Shown here: positions 1 through 12,640 of the stretch, piece after piece | Layout of the letters: each line of letters begins with the position of its first letter | Position numbering within the stretch: position 1 is the stretch's first letter | Assembly (NCBI RefSeq): GCF_009914755.1 | Contig: NC_060933.1 | Reading direction: 5' to 3' (one strand) | Origin: the human T2T-CHM13v2.0 reference genome, Homo sapiens | DNA length: 64,000 nucleotides | Made by a program: the position numbers and the translations under genes | The notes under the pieces: generated by a model | Databases searched by the model: none | The model's input: only the letters and a program-made list of their open reading frames with translations | What the model was told of the DNA's origin: nothing

Positions 1-1007
1 TTCTGTGTGAAGGCTCTGCCTGGGCCCCTAGGTTGTCCATGACATCCTTTGAAATCCATGTGGAAGAAGCCATGACCCCATAGCTTATATCCTGCATGCC
101 TGTAGTATTAGCACCAATGGATGCTACCAACATTTATGGCATGTACCTTCTGGAGCAATGAACTGAGATGCACTTGGGCCTACTTGAATCATGGCTGGGG
201 CAGTTGAGTGGTGCTGTGTCAGAATTTTGGGAGCAGAGTTCTGAGGCAGCAAAAAGCAGCAAATGCAGAGGACCTTGAAGCATCTCTCTGGAAACCTTGC
301 CCTCAAGATCCTAGATTGCCTCAAAAAATCTTGGAAATGTCTTTGGGTATCATTCTCACATTGTCTTGATGATAGCACCCAGCTTAATATCTTTAGCAAA
401 CAATCGCTTAGCCATGCACTTGGTTCGCTCTCCTAAAGATGCCTTTTCACTGTTTACATGCTAGGCTGCAAATTTTCAATATTTTTACATTCTGTTTATC
501 TTTTAGTTATAAATTCTCTATTTAAGCCATTTCTTGTCTCTCACATCTTATTGTATGCAGTTAAAAGTAGCCACATACCTCCTTCAATATCTGCCTTAAA
601 AATGTCTTCTGTCATATATTCTAGTCCTAAACTTTGCCTTCCATAGAGCCCTCAGGCATGGACACAATTCAGCCAAATTCTTTGCTACTTTATCACAAGG
701 ATGAGCTTTATTCCAATTTCTAGTACCTTATTCCTCAGTTCCATCTAAGACCTCATGGAAAGTCTTTATATTTATACCAATATTTTGATTATGACCACTT
801 AAGTAATTACTAAGAAGTTTCAGACTTTCCCTACGTTTCATTTCTTCTGAGTCCTCAGCAGAATTGCCCTTAAGGCTCCACTCCTGACAATCTAGGCTTT
901 TTCTAGCCTGGTTCTCCAAATTCTTTCAACCTCTTCTCATTACCCAGTTTCAAAGTCACTTCAGGTATTTGTTATAGCAGAAGCCCCACTTTTCAGTATC
1001 AATTTTC
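1..1007 (-). mobile_element. MaLR (MST-type) internal region, truncated by the window start
   Basis: On the minus strand it begins ..ACA|GAAAATTGATACTGAAAAGTGGGG directly after the LTR, like the THE1/MST internal start. The body resembles MST-int. Confidence 0.8.
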
Positions 1008-1242
1008 TGTCTTAGGCCATTTTGGGTGGCTATAACAGAATACTACAGACTGGGTAATTTATAAGAAACAGAGATTTATTTGCTACATTTCTGGAGGCTG
1101 GGAAGTTCAAGGTCAAAGTTCCTGAATTTGATGAGAGCCTTCTTGCCACATCATCCCATGGCAGAAGAACAAGAGAGCACTTTGGTGCAGGAAAAGAAGG
1201 GGGCTGAACTTATCCCTGGGGACACACATACAAACCATAGCA
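1008..1242 (-). mobile_element. MaLR LTR (MSTC/MSTD-like), 5' LTR of the above, internally deleted
   Basis: TGTCTTAGGCCATTTTG..GCTATAACAGAATACTACAGACTGGGTAATTTATAA..CTGGAGGCTGGGAAGTTCAAGGTCAA..CAAACCATAGCA. Has TG..CA termini and is shorter than a full LTR. Confidence 0.8.
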
Positions 1243-1554
1243 GAAATAGTCCCAATGCTTTAGACTTTGCTGGCCTAAGCAAAATGCTGACATGGACAGA
1301 ATTTCCCTCATCAAAACTTTTCTCCTCAAGGTATGAGCTTTTTAAAGATCTTCCTCTTTTCAAAAACCAGCTCTCAAATTCTGCCTTTATGTCAGGGCAT
1401 AAAATTCCCATGAAACTTTTTTGGTGTCTACCCTTTCAAAAATATCTGCATTTTAACAGATAGGTAAGCATTGAACTAGGGTCCTTTAGTAGCCATTGAC
1501 ATCTGTCTGGAAACCTGAGAATCTTACCTGAAAAAGTTTTCCTGCCAAGTCCTT

Positions 1555-1886
1555 TTCTTTTCTTTTCTTCTTTCTTTTTCTTTTTTTTTTTTTTTTTTTT
1601 TTTTTAGACGGAGTCTCACTCTGTCATCCAGGCTGGAGTGCAGTGGCACAATCTTGGCTCACTGCAACCTGTCTCTCCTGGGTTCAAGCAGTTCTCCTAC
1701 CTCAGCCTCCTGAGTAGCTAGGATTACAGGCACCTGCCACCATGCCCAGCTAATTTTTGCATTTTTAGTAGAAATGGGGTTTCACCACATTGGCCAGGCT
1801 GGTCTCAAACTCCTGACCTCAGGTGATCTGCCCACCTTGGCCTCCCAAAGTGCTGGGATTACAGGTGTGAGTCACGGCACCTGGCT
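1555..1886 (-). mobile_element. AluS (Sx/Sz-like), full length
   Basis: Poly(T)/(CTTTT)n tail followed by the reverse Alu dimer. An imperfect TSD TGCCAAGT is present on both sides (about 1543 and 1895). Confidence 0.95.
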
Positions 1887-2744
1887 CTGGCCCTTGCCAA
1901 GTTTCTTAAGGAGCCTATTGTTAGCATGGCATCTTCATTTGTGGCTGCTTCTAGAATTAGGCTCTTAGATTCATATTCTCCCTACGGAAGGGTGCTGTAG
2001 TGTCTGTTTCACTCATAGGAAGGTTTCTGGCTCTATTATCACATTGTCCTCTTCAGTATCTTTACATTTTGGTGCTGTCTGTGGGCCCAAACATAAGGTT
2101 AAAGCAATGCTCATAATAGAAAAAGGTAAAACAAGGAAGAGCAAGTACCTCCATGCCCATCCAAATGAGACTGTCTTCCCAATCTATTGTCATGCCTTGT
2201 CTCTATGGTTTGTTGGAGTCCCCTCAGGAATGAGATACACCATATTGGGCTGGGCTCCCTTTCGTAATCTAATCACACTTGGTTATTTTTCCTTATATAC
2301 AACAGACTGCCCACTTATCTTACAATTGCAGAAATAAAAATAAATAAAATACTTGTTCCTTACAAGAATATTGGACATTCTTGGTTTCATCAAAAATAAG
2401 AGAAATATAGAAGACACATGTTTAGGCTTCAGGGTATTGTTAAAGGGTGGGAGGGGATTTGGGTGGCCCATGATATTTCTTCATGCTCTAAAATCACACT
2501 AGCAAGTAGTCAACTACTTCATGTAACCTGAGGCTATTCTTGCTCAGACTTCAATAATAATTTCTCCCTTAACCAGTGGGCACCATTGCCGCTTACTTAA
2601 ACTATTCCTACAGAGATGGTTCATGCCTGCCTTCAGGTTTCTATCTGGTATGTTTTCCTTCAAGGAGCTTAGAAAAACAGGTTCTCATTTTGTTTCACTG
2701 TCCTGAAAGTTTGAAAGAACTGAAAAGAGAGAGGGAGAGAAGTA

Positions 2745-2930
2745 ATACCCACTGAGTACCGATTATATGCTTGGCTCTTTGTATAAATGACTTCACTAAA
2801 TTCTTCTTAAAGATACTGTGTTGCAGATCTTATTATTGCCATTATACACAGTGGGGTATACTACATCCTATACATTGTACTGAATTTACCAAGTCATTCA
2901 CTGTAAATAGCAGAGCCTTGAAATGAGCCA
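2745..2930 (-). mobile_element. MIR fragment
   Basis: Degenerate reverse MIR core (actgagtacc..ttattattgccattatacaca..tttaccaagtcattcac..gcagagcc). Confidence 0.45.
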
Positions 2931-3165
2931 CTCTCTTATATCATCTCACTCTACCATTGCCCCTGACACTCTCAGTCCTAGTCCTAGACTTTCCTCATTA
3001 TCTCCATAATGTGAGGAAACTGGGAGGAACTTATGTTCTGTGGGAGTTACCTTTGGTTGTATATTTACTGCCTCTGTCTTTGGAAATTATTATTAATCCT
3101 AATCTGAAACTGCAAAGCAGCTCAGGTCAGAGGAAAAAAGAAGAAAAGCTGTGAATCAGCAACAC

Positions 3166-3310
3166 AAAATCACAGAGCTGAGAGAGGCTTGAAAATTATC
3201 TTAGTTTCTTCCCCCTTTGGAGATAAGGGGCCCTGAGGCCCACAGAGAGACTGATGAGTACAGGGTCACATAAATAATTAAGCTCAGCTTAGAACCCAGA
3301 TCCTCCAGAT
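3166..3310 (-). mobile_element. MIR (MIRc/MIR3-like) fragment
   Basis: agataaggggccctgaggcccacagag..agggtcacata..tagaacccagatcctcc. Confidence 0.5.
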
Positions 3311-3967
3311 CTTAAAGGCTGGTGCTTCAAAGAACATTCCTGTGACCACATGCAGTGTTTCTTCCTCCACGTAGTTCCACAGTTTTCTATCTCTGAGCCT
3401 TAGAGTGGGGTATGAATGCAGCCGTTCGGGATGTGCTGAGAAAAAACAATCCAATATACTGCATTGTTTCAGGATATCACGTTATTCTGTTAAGGATCCT
3501 AGACATTCACAGGACGTTCAACCTCAATAGCTGGATATATCCACTACCAAGACAGAGTTAGCAGTGCAAGTCCTAGCACATGACACCTTGCTTGTTTTGA
3601 TTTACCCATTGTCTAAAAAATGATCTAGAAGTTGGATGCTACTTCTAAATCACCTGGTTTTTCATTGTAAGTGACAACTTTTGCATTTTATTAGCCTGGT
3701 CTACTTTTTAATAAGCCTTTACAGGACTAATATGTCATAAAAACATCATTAAAACATTCCTCTCTACTGGTTATAAATTGCCTTGATGGTGCTATGACTA
3801 CATCTCCCAAAGCACTTTTGACAGAATGAGCCTTAAGATCCAGGCATGTCATTGTCATAGCAGAAGGATGACATTGCAGCTGGCCTGACTCCTTCCCCTC
3901 TGCAAGAAAAAGACATATGGTGGTACAAGAAAAGGAGACAGGCAACTGTCTAGGGCGTCATTGGTGG

Positions 3968-4107
3968 GTCTATCACTGATGAGCTACCTGTTAGACTTTG
4001 GAAACCCACTTAACTTCTCTGGGCCTCTTTGTAAAATAAAATCTGCCTTGTCTAGCTCACAAGGTTGCTGTGAAGAGCAAATAAGACAATGCATATGAAA
4101 GCATTTT
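3968..4107 (+). mobile_element. MIR fragment
   Basis: ccacttaacttctctgggcctc..tgtaaaat..ctcacaaggttgctgtgaagagcaaataagacaatgcatatgaaagca. Confidence 0.65.
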
Positions 4108-4524
4108 GAAGAGCAGGTTGGGCTCTTCAGAAAGAAAACTGACAGATTGTAGTGCACAGGTTGTTTATTGGAGAGTGCCCTTGGTAATCACACCTCTGAA
4201 AGAAAAGCAATGTTGGATACAGGGAGAAATGCAGAAATTATGCAGGCCCAATGACAGCCTCAGATACCCCACAAGAAAATCTAGAGCTAGCTTGGACCAT
4301 CGGCATTGTGTCAACTTTTGCTGAAATGACCAAGCCTTTACAGCTGGCATCAATTAGTCATTGGATGTCAGTTGCCACAGGAAGGGGTGTGAGTGAGGGC
4401 CATGTGGCTCTCTGCAGCTTAGGTATGAAAGATGAAAATTGTCTACTGACAGGACTCCTAGTAGCTGGAGCAAAATTCTTTACTTGAAGAGAGAACTTGG
4501 TGGTGAATCAGAGTGTCCACCACA
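4108..4524 (-). mobile_element. ERVL LTR, LTR16 family (3' LTR of the provirus)
   Basis: aggttgggctc..gttgtttattggagagtgccct..agtcattggatgtc..gtgtccaccaca. On the minus strand it is preceded by the ERVL-type PPT AAGGGGTGGAC|TGTGG. Confidence 0.75.
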
Positions 4525-5819
4525 GTCCACCCCTTGTGCTGTCCAAATTCACATCTTCATTTACATTTAGGAAGCAGCTATTCCAGAATTCCGGGAGCCT
4601 CTTTTTCTTGGGGGAAACATGTAAAAGGATGGTGAGTAGGACAAACTATAGTCCCTGCTGTGCTGCTGCAGCTGATCTCAAGCCCACAAGAGATACTTTT
4701 GCTCACCCTTCTCCACTATCTATTTCAGATTCTCCTTACCTCTGCTAGCACCTTGGTTCATCTTATTTGCTGACCTGGCATAGTGACTGAGATCCTCAAG
4801 CTTGATGGGTTTGAACACCTCGTCCCACTGCCCTTCTCAGGCTTGCTTTACCTGTCCATTTCCTTTCATCGTTAGGCAAGTAAGTACCAAGAGGCATGCA
4901 AATGGATCTCCTGGGTGCCAAACATATTCTTGCCTGCCCCAGTTGTGTAAAATCAGCCCTCTGATGAGGGTTGGTCCCTATGCATAAGAATCATGAAATG
5001 AGCAGATGGAAGCTGTAGCTTACTCTATGTATTCAATGTACTCTAGCTGTGTTCTCTGGCTGGAATGTTCCCCCTTGGGTGACCAGGACTGCTAAATCCA
5101 CACAGTCCAACATTGTGAGAAAGGAAAGCATAAGTTTTCTAAGTGGTTCCTTAAGATTGATGGTAGCTGGACTGCTTCCACCCCTTGATTTACATGCTTA
5201 TGTATTCTGAATATTGGAAACAGAGCCCATGTATAGATCTTTAGTTCAAATTATCTGCTGTGTCCTGGAGACTGGCACAGAGTCCTTGTAACATACAACT
5301 TCTGAGCTGGTGCTTCAGCCTGGTCTTCTGCAAGCTATTCCAATGCTCTATCAGGCCAGCAGTGTCTGAATGGTGAGATATACTATATGGCCAGTGAATC
5401 TCATGGTCTATAGTCTCTTACTGTCTCTGCCGTATAGGGTCCCATGGTCTGATTCTCAGATATGTAGGACCATATGTTGGTGGATCAAACACTCCACTTT
5501 TAGGAATATTTTCCCTCACAGCTCTTTTTCAACATTAACCCTGAGTGAAAATACAGTATAGCCATCCACTTTCAGCTTTGACCACAGAATGAACCAACCC
5601 ATTCATTTGTATTTCATGGGTCCTTTTTTCCTCAGTGAGCTGTTCATAGGGGCTTCCCCTACCTTCTCCTTACTACTGGGCCTGTGGTCTGACAGAGTGA
5701 TGCCAGTGCAACAGTGGTGGATGACACTGGAGTCTGGGCTCCATGCAGCTGACTTGCATCTTCCATTTGCCTTGCTTGTGCTTGATTCCAGATGCCCCAC
5801 TTGCATCTCACAATGTGTT

Positions 5820-5985
5820 GTTCTGGGCCTGTCTGACTTCATAACTGGCTGGATCTGACAGAAGCCAGTTTATGATAGGCCATTCTGGGTGCCTAGTCAT
5901 TTGATGTCCCATGGTCAAATGCCCTCTATCTATCAAGGGTTAATAGCATGCCAGATGTTGTTTTTCAAGAAGTGAATAATTCTGC
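5820..5985 (-). pseudogene. ERVL pol (RT-connection/RNase H-like region) remnant
   Basis: Manual translation QNYSLLEKQHLACY*PLIDRGHLTMGHQMTRHPEWPIINWLLSDPASYEVRQAQ resembles HERV-L pol (NYSPFERQLLACYWALVETERLTMGHQVTMRPELPIMNWVLSDP). Contains a stop codon. Confidence 0.85.
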
Positions 5986-7105
5986 AGTACAAATGGCATG
6001 GCCTTACTCAGGAAGCTCGGGCACCTGTTTTAGTCTCCCACTTGGCTTGTCATAAACTCCATAAGGCAACTTTTCCCACCACTGGCACCTCTAATTATAC
6101 CACAGGGTCTTGGGCATATTTGAGTTGCAACCTAAACCTCTTACTGGAGGTCCTATTTTCTACTTTGGGCTCTCTAAAAACTAGCATCCTTCTTCAGATA
6201 AACTGAAGCAGAATTCTCAGGATATTGCCTTCAGAACATGAAAAGGTCTAACACTCACTGATCTTCCTTCTTTGTGGTAGGAAAAGTATAATGAAATAAT
6301 TTGACTATTTCCTTTGGAAGGCATAACACAACATGTCCCTAACCACTTGATCTCATAAAATTGTACTAATATGGCAGGCCTCTTGATCTTTGTAGGATGT
6401 ATCTAAATGCTGGAGCACATGTGTCTTACTAAGGTCTCCAAAGTGCTAGGCACTTCTTGTTCAACTCTCTGTAGGTCAGTCCCCCTTGGTTATCACTCTG
6501 ATCTTCCTGTTCATTATAATAATCACATCCACTTGTCTTCCAAGTGGCTTGGATCTGGCTTCTGTGGTTTGGGGTCCTATCATCTCCACTGCTGTCAGCG
6601 AGTCTAAGTCTATAATGGCTTCACCCAACGTCTCGGGTCTATAGACAGGAACACCACTGAGCTCTTTAGTGGTGCTGGTGCCCTTCTCACAAGAGCAATT
6701 TTATGGCCTCAGCAACTGGTGTATCCTCTGAGTTTCCCATGTAGCATAATCATGTGGTGGGTTTTTTGGCTTTACATAGTATATCCGCTCCAGCATGCCC
6801 ACTTCCCTTTGCCTTTTGTTCCCTGTCTCCACCAACTGCATGAAAATTCCACATTTGAATCTCGTTCAGTGTGGGCCATCACTTTTTCCAAGTTTCTAGA
6901 GCCATCCTAGCAGCAAATTTACACTTTCTCCTGGGGTCCTTGCCAGGCTGTTAAATCCTATTTCTCAAGAGAATACTCCCAAATTTAAAAACTCTCCCTT
7001 ACTCCATTTAATGTTCTTGTCCTTTTGATCAAATACCTCAAATCTAATTCCATGTTCTTTTTTTTTTTAGCTCCTGCCACACTTGGTGGCTGGGTTTTAC
7101 AGCTC

Positions 7106-7540
7106 CTATGGGGTATGTTCCCTTTCCTCCCTTATTAGGTCTGGAATGTCCCCAGCTGGGTTTTCCTGTGATTTAATCCTAGGGGCCTGGAGAGGAGGCA
7201 GCTCCAGGGAGGGGGACATGCCATCTTGCAGGAGAGAGGCCTCTGTATTCTTTAAGCAAGGAGATAAGGTTAATGGGGAGTGCTGGGCCACTTCTGCAGA
7301 TTCAGGGAGTTTAGGGGGACCTAAGTATTTGAGATCTTCAGAGCCACCAATCCAGCTCTTTCCATTCCGTGTGTAAGGGTCCCAGGTTTTCCCAGCCAAT
7401 GTCCTGACCATGAAACAGCAGTCCAACCTTGGTTCAGAATTTAACCTTCTTGAGAGGTTGGCTACATTTATTATTAATGTTCCAACCCTGGTCCTAAGCA
7501 TTCTCTGCCGTTCCATTGCAGGAGAAGAGAGTATCTTCAT
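7106..7540 (-). pseudogene. ERVL gag remnant (144-codon open stretch)
   Basis: LIINVANLSRRLNSEPR..VRTLAGKTWDPYTRNG resembles the ERVL gag motif LIxRVAxLQRxLNSQPR..VRALIGKEWDPxTWNG. Confidence 0.75.
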
Positions 7541-9013
7541 GTGTCAGCAAGGTAGCCTTCTTGTTTTCATATTTGGCTTTCGGTTGCCTGTTAATTTCTC
7601 TTAGCCTTTCATTATCTTTTTCTAGAATGTCATCCAAGCTAAGTATTAATCATTGAATGCTATCCCTAAAGTTACTTTCTCCTCACATTTTTCAAAAGTC
7701 TGGTACATTGCACCAGTCAATGTATTCCCATCCACCTGTATACCATCCCAGTTCACCCCAGGTGAATTATTTCTATTTGCTGCACAGTGTGAGATGTGCT
7801 TTACATGTGGGCTTTTTCAGTTTTCACAGCTACAAGGTGAGGTTTGGCAGTGGGATCTTCCAAACCCCAGGTTAAACAGCAGGCTCTTTATTTTCATTTG
7901 AGGCACAAAGAAGCAGGAAGACCCACAAGTTCTATCGTGCCATTCCTGACATACAGACTCTGAAGTCAGTTCTTGCTTCATTTCTTGGAAAAATGTAGTT
8001 ACGTCTGCAGAGCATAAATCTGTGAAAACACAAAATTAATACATCATATCCATCTTCAAAGTATCCACATTTGGGAATTGGGAAACTACAGTGAGTATTT
8101 TTTCTGCAACAAATCAGAGACTAAGCCAGACACTGAAGCCCCAGAATGCACCTGTGTTCAACAGTTCTATCTGCGGAGTAACCCGGCATGATCTACTGCA
8201 CTAGCTCTTTCAAAGAGAAGCCTCAGAAGGGAGGAGAAGAATGTCTGAGGGTTTGTCTGGGGAAAAATAAAAGAAATAATTGTTCTAAAAAAAGGAGAAA
8301 TTGGTATTTCACTGGCAGCCCAAGTTGCACAGGAACACTTTAAACTTCTGTGGCCGGTATCCTTCATCTGCAAATCACCAACTTGTTTAAAAAACCCTCA
8401 TCTGGGGATTTAGTTGCCTGCAATCACACAACCTGAAACTGAGTGTGTCTAGATACCCATTTGTCCACAGCAGGGGGCCCTGGGGTACTCTGGTGGGCTG
8501 CAGCATGAATTCTGTTCACCAGCATATGCATGGGAAGCAGCTGAAAGAGAAATCCATTTTTCAACCTAAGTTATCAGCCATTAAGAAGAAGGAGGGACAT
8601 GGAAATTAGATCATGATTTTGATGGGCCCCATGGTGTATGATAGAGGGGCCATTTCTGCCCCAGACTTGGCACTTGACCACGCTGTACATGGTCCCCAAT
8701 TTTCGTTCCCTTAAGATAGAGATAACATGATCCTGTCTAAGAACAATACATGTGGCCATGGTGCACAGAGCTTTGGGGTATGTGTGTGTCTGTGGGTAAT
8801 GAATCTAAAACCCTCCCTTCAAATTGAATTTGGTTTAATGTTTTTCAGTCTGCACCTACAGTATTTAATTTCTCTCTCATCTTTTTTAACTGTGAAATTG
8901 TACTCTTTCACTGGTAAAGCATTTTGGCATGCTGCAGGGGTAAATGGCATTGTGGAAAATAAAGCTGAGTTATGTTGTAGTAATAATATTAAAGCAGCTC
9001 AGAAAGAGGCTTA

Positions 9014-9205
9014 GTAGCATCTGGCATAGCGGGTGGCCACGTGGACTGGAAGTCAAGGACCTGAGGGCTCATCTTTATCCTACCACCATACCAATGTGTA
9101 ACTTTAGCCAAATCATTTATCTTCCTTGGGTTCCTGGTTCTTTATTGATAAAATGGACAGATCATAGGTGGTATGCAAGATCTCTTTCCACTTCAGCAGA
9201 TTCTG
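9014..9205 (+). mobile_element. MIR (MIR3/MIRc-like)
   Basis: tggactggaagtcaaggacctg..tgtgtaactttagccaaatcatttatctt..taaaatgg..tctctttccacttc. Confidence 0.6.
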
Positions 9206-9229
9206 GTCTGCGTCACTTTGCAGAATTCT

Positions 9230-9940
9230 TTTATTCACCTGCAAACATTCACCTACCATTATGTGCCATTTACTGTTCTAGAGCTTGGGGATTCAGGAAT
9301 AAATAAGCTATGGTCCTGCTTCCGTAGAATTCAGAGTCTAATTCAGGAGGGTCAGCAGTGGCATGAGGAATGTAAACATACATGAAAATGACTACAACAC
9401 AATAGCTGTCAGAAATACGGAACTTTTAAGGACAGAGTAGTTAATTCTGGGTGCTGGAGTGAGCGGATCATGTCATGATTTGAAAGATAATATAACATTT
9501 ATCTGGATAACAGGCAGGAAGTTTGCCAATTAAGAAGGATGGGATGTACAAAGATCACTCCAGGCTAGAAAAACCCCAGGTACAAAGGGACATAAGCCAG
9601 ACATAGAATGGTATGTTTACAAGACAGCAAATAAACTAAAGGGGGAATGGTGGGCCATGATGCTGGCAAAAGTTAAATTGGGGTTACCTCATGCCTGACC
9701 ATATAGAAAACAGGGAAGTAAGTTTAGTTATTGCCATGTAGTACACACAATACAGATTCGAAATAGGGAGCATTCGAATAGGGAGCATTCGAAATAGGGA
9801 GAAACTGTTGGAAAAAGAAATAGATGTGGTTGAGGGAAAAAGGTGAAATAATAATTCCTGTGGTAGATGAATTGAAAAAGATAAAAATATAATGATTTTC
9901 GCTTTCAAGCTTGGTGACTAGGTGAGTAGCAGGAATATTT
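9230..9940 (-). mobile_element. L2 3' fragment
   Basis: Reverse L2 tail: attcacctgcaaacatt..tatgtgcca..tgttctagagcttggggattcagg..atggtcctgc. Confidence 0.6.
9756..9801. repeat. 3-copy 15/16-bp tandem repeat ATTCGA(A)ATAGGGAGC
   Basis: Directly visible at 9756-9771, 9772-9786 and 9787-9801. Confidence 0.95.
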
Positions 9941-10129
9941 CCAGCAGCAAGTGCCAAAAAATTCAACGAACGGTTATTTAAGCCATAACAGAATTTGTTA
10001 TTTTCTTAATGGGAAACATGGAATGAGATGGTTTTGGAAGATAAAGCTTCTTTTTGGAATCAGTGTTTTCATCATGATCCAGAAGGCCTTATTCATGTTT
10101 GAAGCTATGTTTTGGGTGCATACTGATTA

Positions 10130-12225
10130 AGAATCGTATATCTACCTGGTAGACTGACTTCCATATTATTATGACATGCTACTCTCTATTGTTATTCTTG
10201 CCTTAGTTCTATATTTATTCTTGCCTTAGAGAATAATTGTGAAATATTAGTGCAGTTACATTGGCTTTCTTTTTCTCTTGCTAGAGTTTGCATGATATAT
10301 GCTTTTATTTTGAATTTTTCTGTGTATTTACAATCAAGACATTTCTAGTAAGCATCATATAACTGGGTTTCATTATTTTATCCAGGTGATAACATTTATA
10401 TTTTACATAGATTAGTTAATTTAAAGGTAATTTCAGACATATTTAAGATTTTTCTCTACAATCTTACGATTTTTTTCTTTTTGATCCTCCTGCTTTATGT
10501 TATTGTCTTTTGTTGATTTCTTTTAGAATAATCAAATATTTTAAGCATTTAATTTCTCCCTTCAAGATGGGTAGTTATATATTCTTTTCCAATTTTGGGG
10601 GAAGGTTACAATAGAGATTACATTTACCACTGACCGACTATAGTCTAAAACAAATTATTACCACTTCTTTTTGTTATTTAACATTTACTATTTATAGCCT
10701 TCTGCCTTTTGTGTTATCATTGTCATGTATTTTAATGTTATAACTATTTTAAATTTCACAAGATAATACTCATTATTCTGTACAGTCAGGATTTATATTT
10801 ACCCACATTTTACCGTTTCTGTTGCTCTTCTTGCCTTTTTATACCCTGTGTTTCCTTCTGGGATCATTTTCCTTCTCTCTACATAACTCATCTTACTATT
10901 TCTTTTTAGAGCAGATTTGCTGGTGAATTATTTTAGTTTATGTTTGTCTTAAATTTGTTAGTTTACCTTTTAGTTTTAAAGGATAAAATTATAGTTAGTA
11001 CTTTCATTCAGCACTAAAGATGTTATTCCATTGTTTCCTGATTTTCATTATTTTAATTGATAAATCATCTTTCAGTTTTATGGTTGCTTTATTGAATGTA
11101 ACGGATCCTGTTTTTCTGACTGCTTTTGAGAGGTTTCTCTTTACTTTGGTTTTTGGTGTTCTTTCTGTGATGTGCCTAGGTATGGTTTAGGTTTTTATTT
11201 ATGTTGATCTGTCTTTCAGTTTACTAATCCTGTCTTCTACTATGTCCTGCTACACTCATTTGGTGTCTAACCCATATAATGAATTGTTAATTTCAGATTT
11301 TTATGTAGTAGTTCCAAAATTTCCATTTATTTCTTTTTTATAGACTCTAATTCTCTGGTGATATTACAAGACTTTTATCTACCTTCTGCATCTTTTCACC
11401 AATTACATTAAATATATTAACCATGATTATGTTTAAGTTCTTTTCAGCTAACTACAGTGTGTGTGTGTCTTCTGTTCATATGGCAGGTGGGGCGTGGCAC
11501 ACACAGCCTTGCATGTGCATGCACAGGCACGTGTTTCCCTCTTGGTTTTTAGTTATGTGGTCTTATTGGTCTTATCTTTGGTCAGGTAGATAGAGTAGTA
11601 ATTGATTGCCTCCCTTAATCCATTTAGGGACAGGGCTGAATCAAATTTAGTGTCTCTAGTAAGACCTAGTCTGTCTCTGGTTCATGCTGGGCCTCCAAGG
11701 TTTTCAACAAAAATCCTGCTGTGTCCTTTAAGATCCTTCCATGTGGTGTACACCATATTCCAATATTTGTCTCATAAAACTATTCATGCTCTACTCTGCT
11801 TTTCAGAGGTTTTCTGCTTAGATCTTTAGCCTCCTTCCTTGCCCAGCCCCAGAATTCAGCAAATGTTCTTAAAGAAAAACTAGTTGCATGCTAAATTTCA
11901 CTTGACTACTTCACCCCAGGTCTCAGCCAAAAACTCTGCCAGTTTCTCTATTCCCTAGCAGCAATTGGTACAAATCCCAGAATCTAAACCTCTTGCCCAA
12001 GCTCAGAATCACTAAATGCCGCCAGATTAAAAATGGTTGCAGAATTAAGCTCACCTCTTTGAGATCTTTCCCTCTCCGCAGTTTTAGCACACATAGTTCT
12101 CATAGCATCAGCAGCTATCCAATGCCTTTAAACAAATGATTGCTGCATTTTCTCTGACATTTTTAGCTGTCATCAGTGGGAGCACTGGCCTGATGCAAGG
12201 TATTCCAACCATCAAAATTGGAAGC
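10130..12225 (-). mobile_element. Old L1M fragment (ORF2 5' end/ORF1/5' region)
   Basis: T-rich reverse L1M motifs (ttgcatgatatatg..agcatcatataactgggttt..tatccag; gatgttattccattgtttcctg; tgatgtgcctaggtatgg). Confidence 0.7.
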
Positions 12226-12229
12226 CCTT

Positions 12230-12640
12230 CCAAGCTTTTTACATAGTTTTGCTTTATCATCTCAAGATGAGAACTTTCTACCCTATGCTTTTTGTCTCCT
12301 GGTTGTAACCGGAGGTACTACTTATATCAGTAGCTCAGCATGAAAGAATGCGATGGATAGAAAAGAATCTTCCATTTACTTTCAGAAGCCACCAAGCATG
12401 CTTTTCTTTAGCTCAAATAAAAGAACTAGGTCACATGCTCACTTCTGGTTATGAGGGAGTCTAGAAAAGTGATTATCTTGCAAAGGGAAATAATATTGCC
12501 ATTATTGGCAATATTAATAAGCCAATTATGGTTTATTTTCCAGAAATGGGCATTTTGCCACCCCCTTCCAATTAAGGTTCTATTATCAGGGAATAAAGGT
12601 GGTATGGAATGACCTTTGAATGAACAATCACATTCTACTT
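12230..12640 (-). mobile_element. Old MLT1 (J/K/L-like) LTR part; may continue a fragment at about 9945-10090 that was split by the L1M
   Basis: cagaagccacc..agaactaggtcacatgctcacttctgg..agggagtctagaaaagtg. Confidence 0.45.

Larger units (their letters stand above)
4525..7960 (-). mobile_element. ERVL internal region (HERV16/ERV3-16A3-like), decayed and internally deleted; 5' LTR not seen
   Basis: PPT at the LTR junction. Translatable gag and pol remnants lie in the expected order on the minus strand (next two features). Confidence 0.85.
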
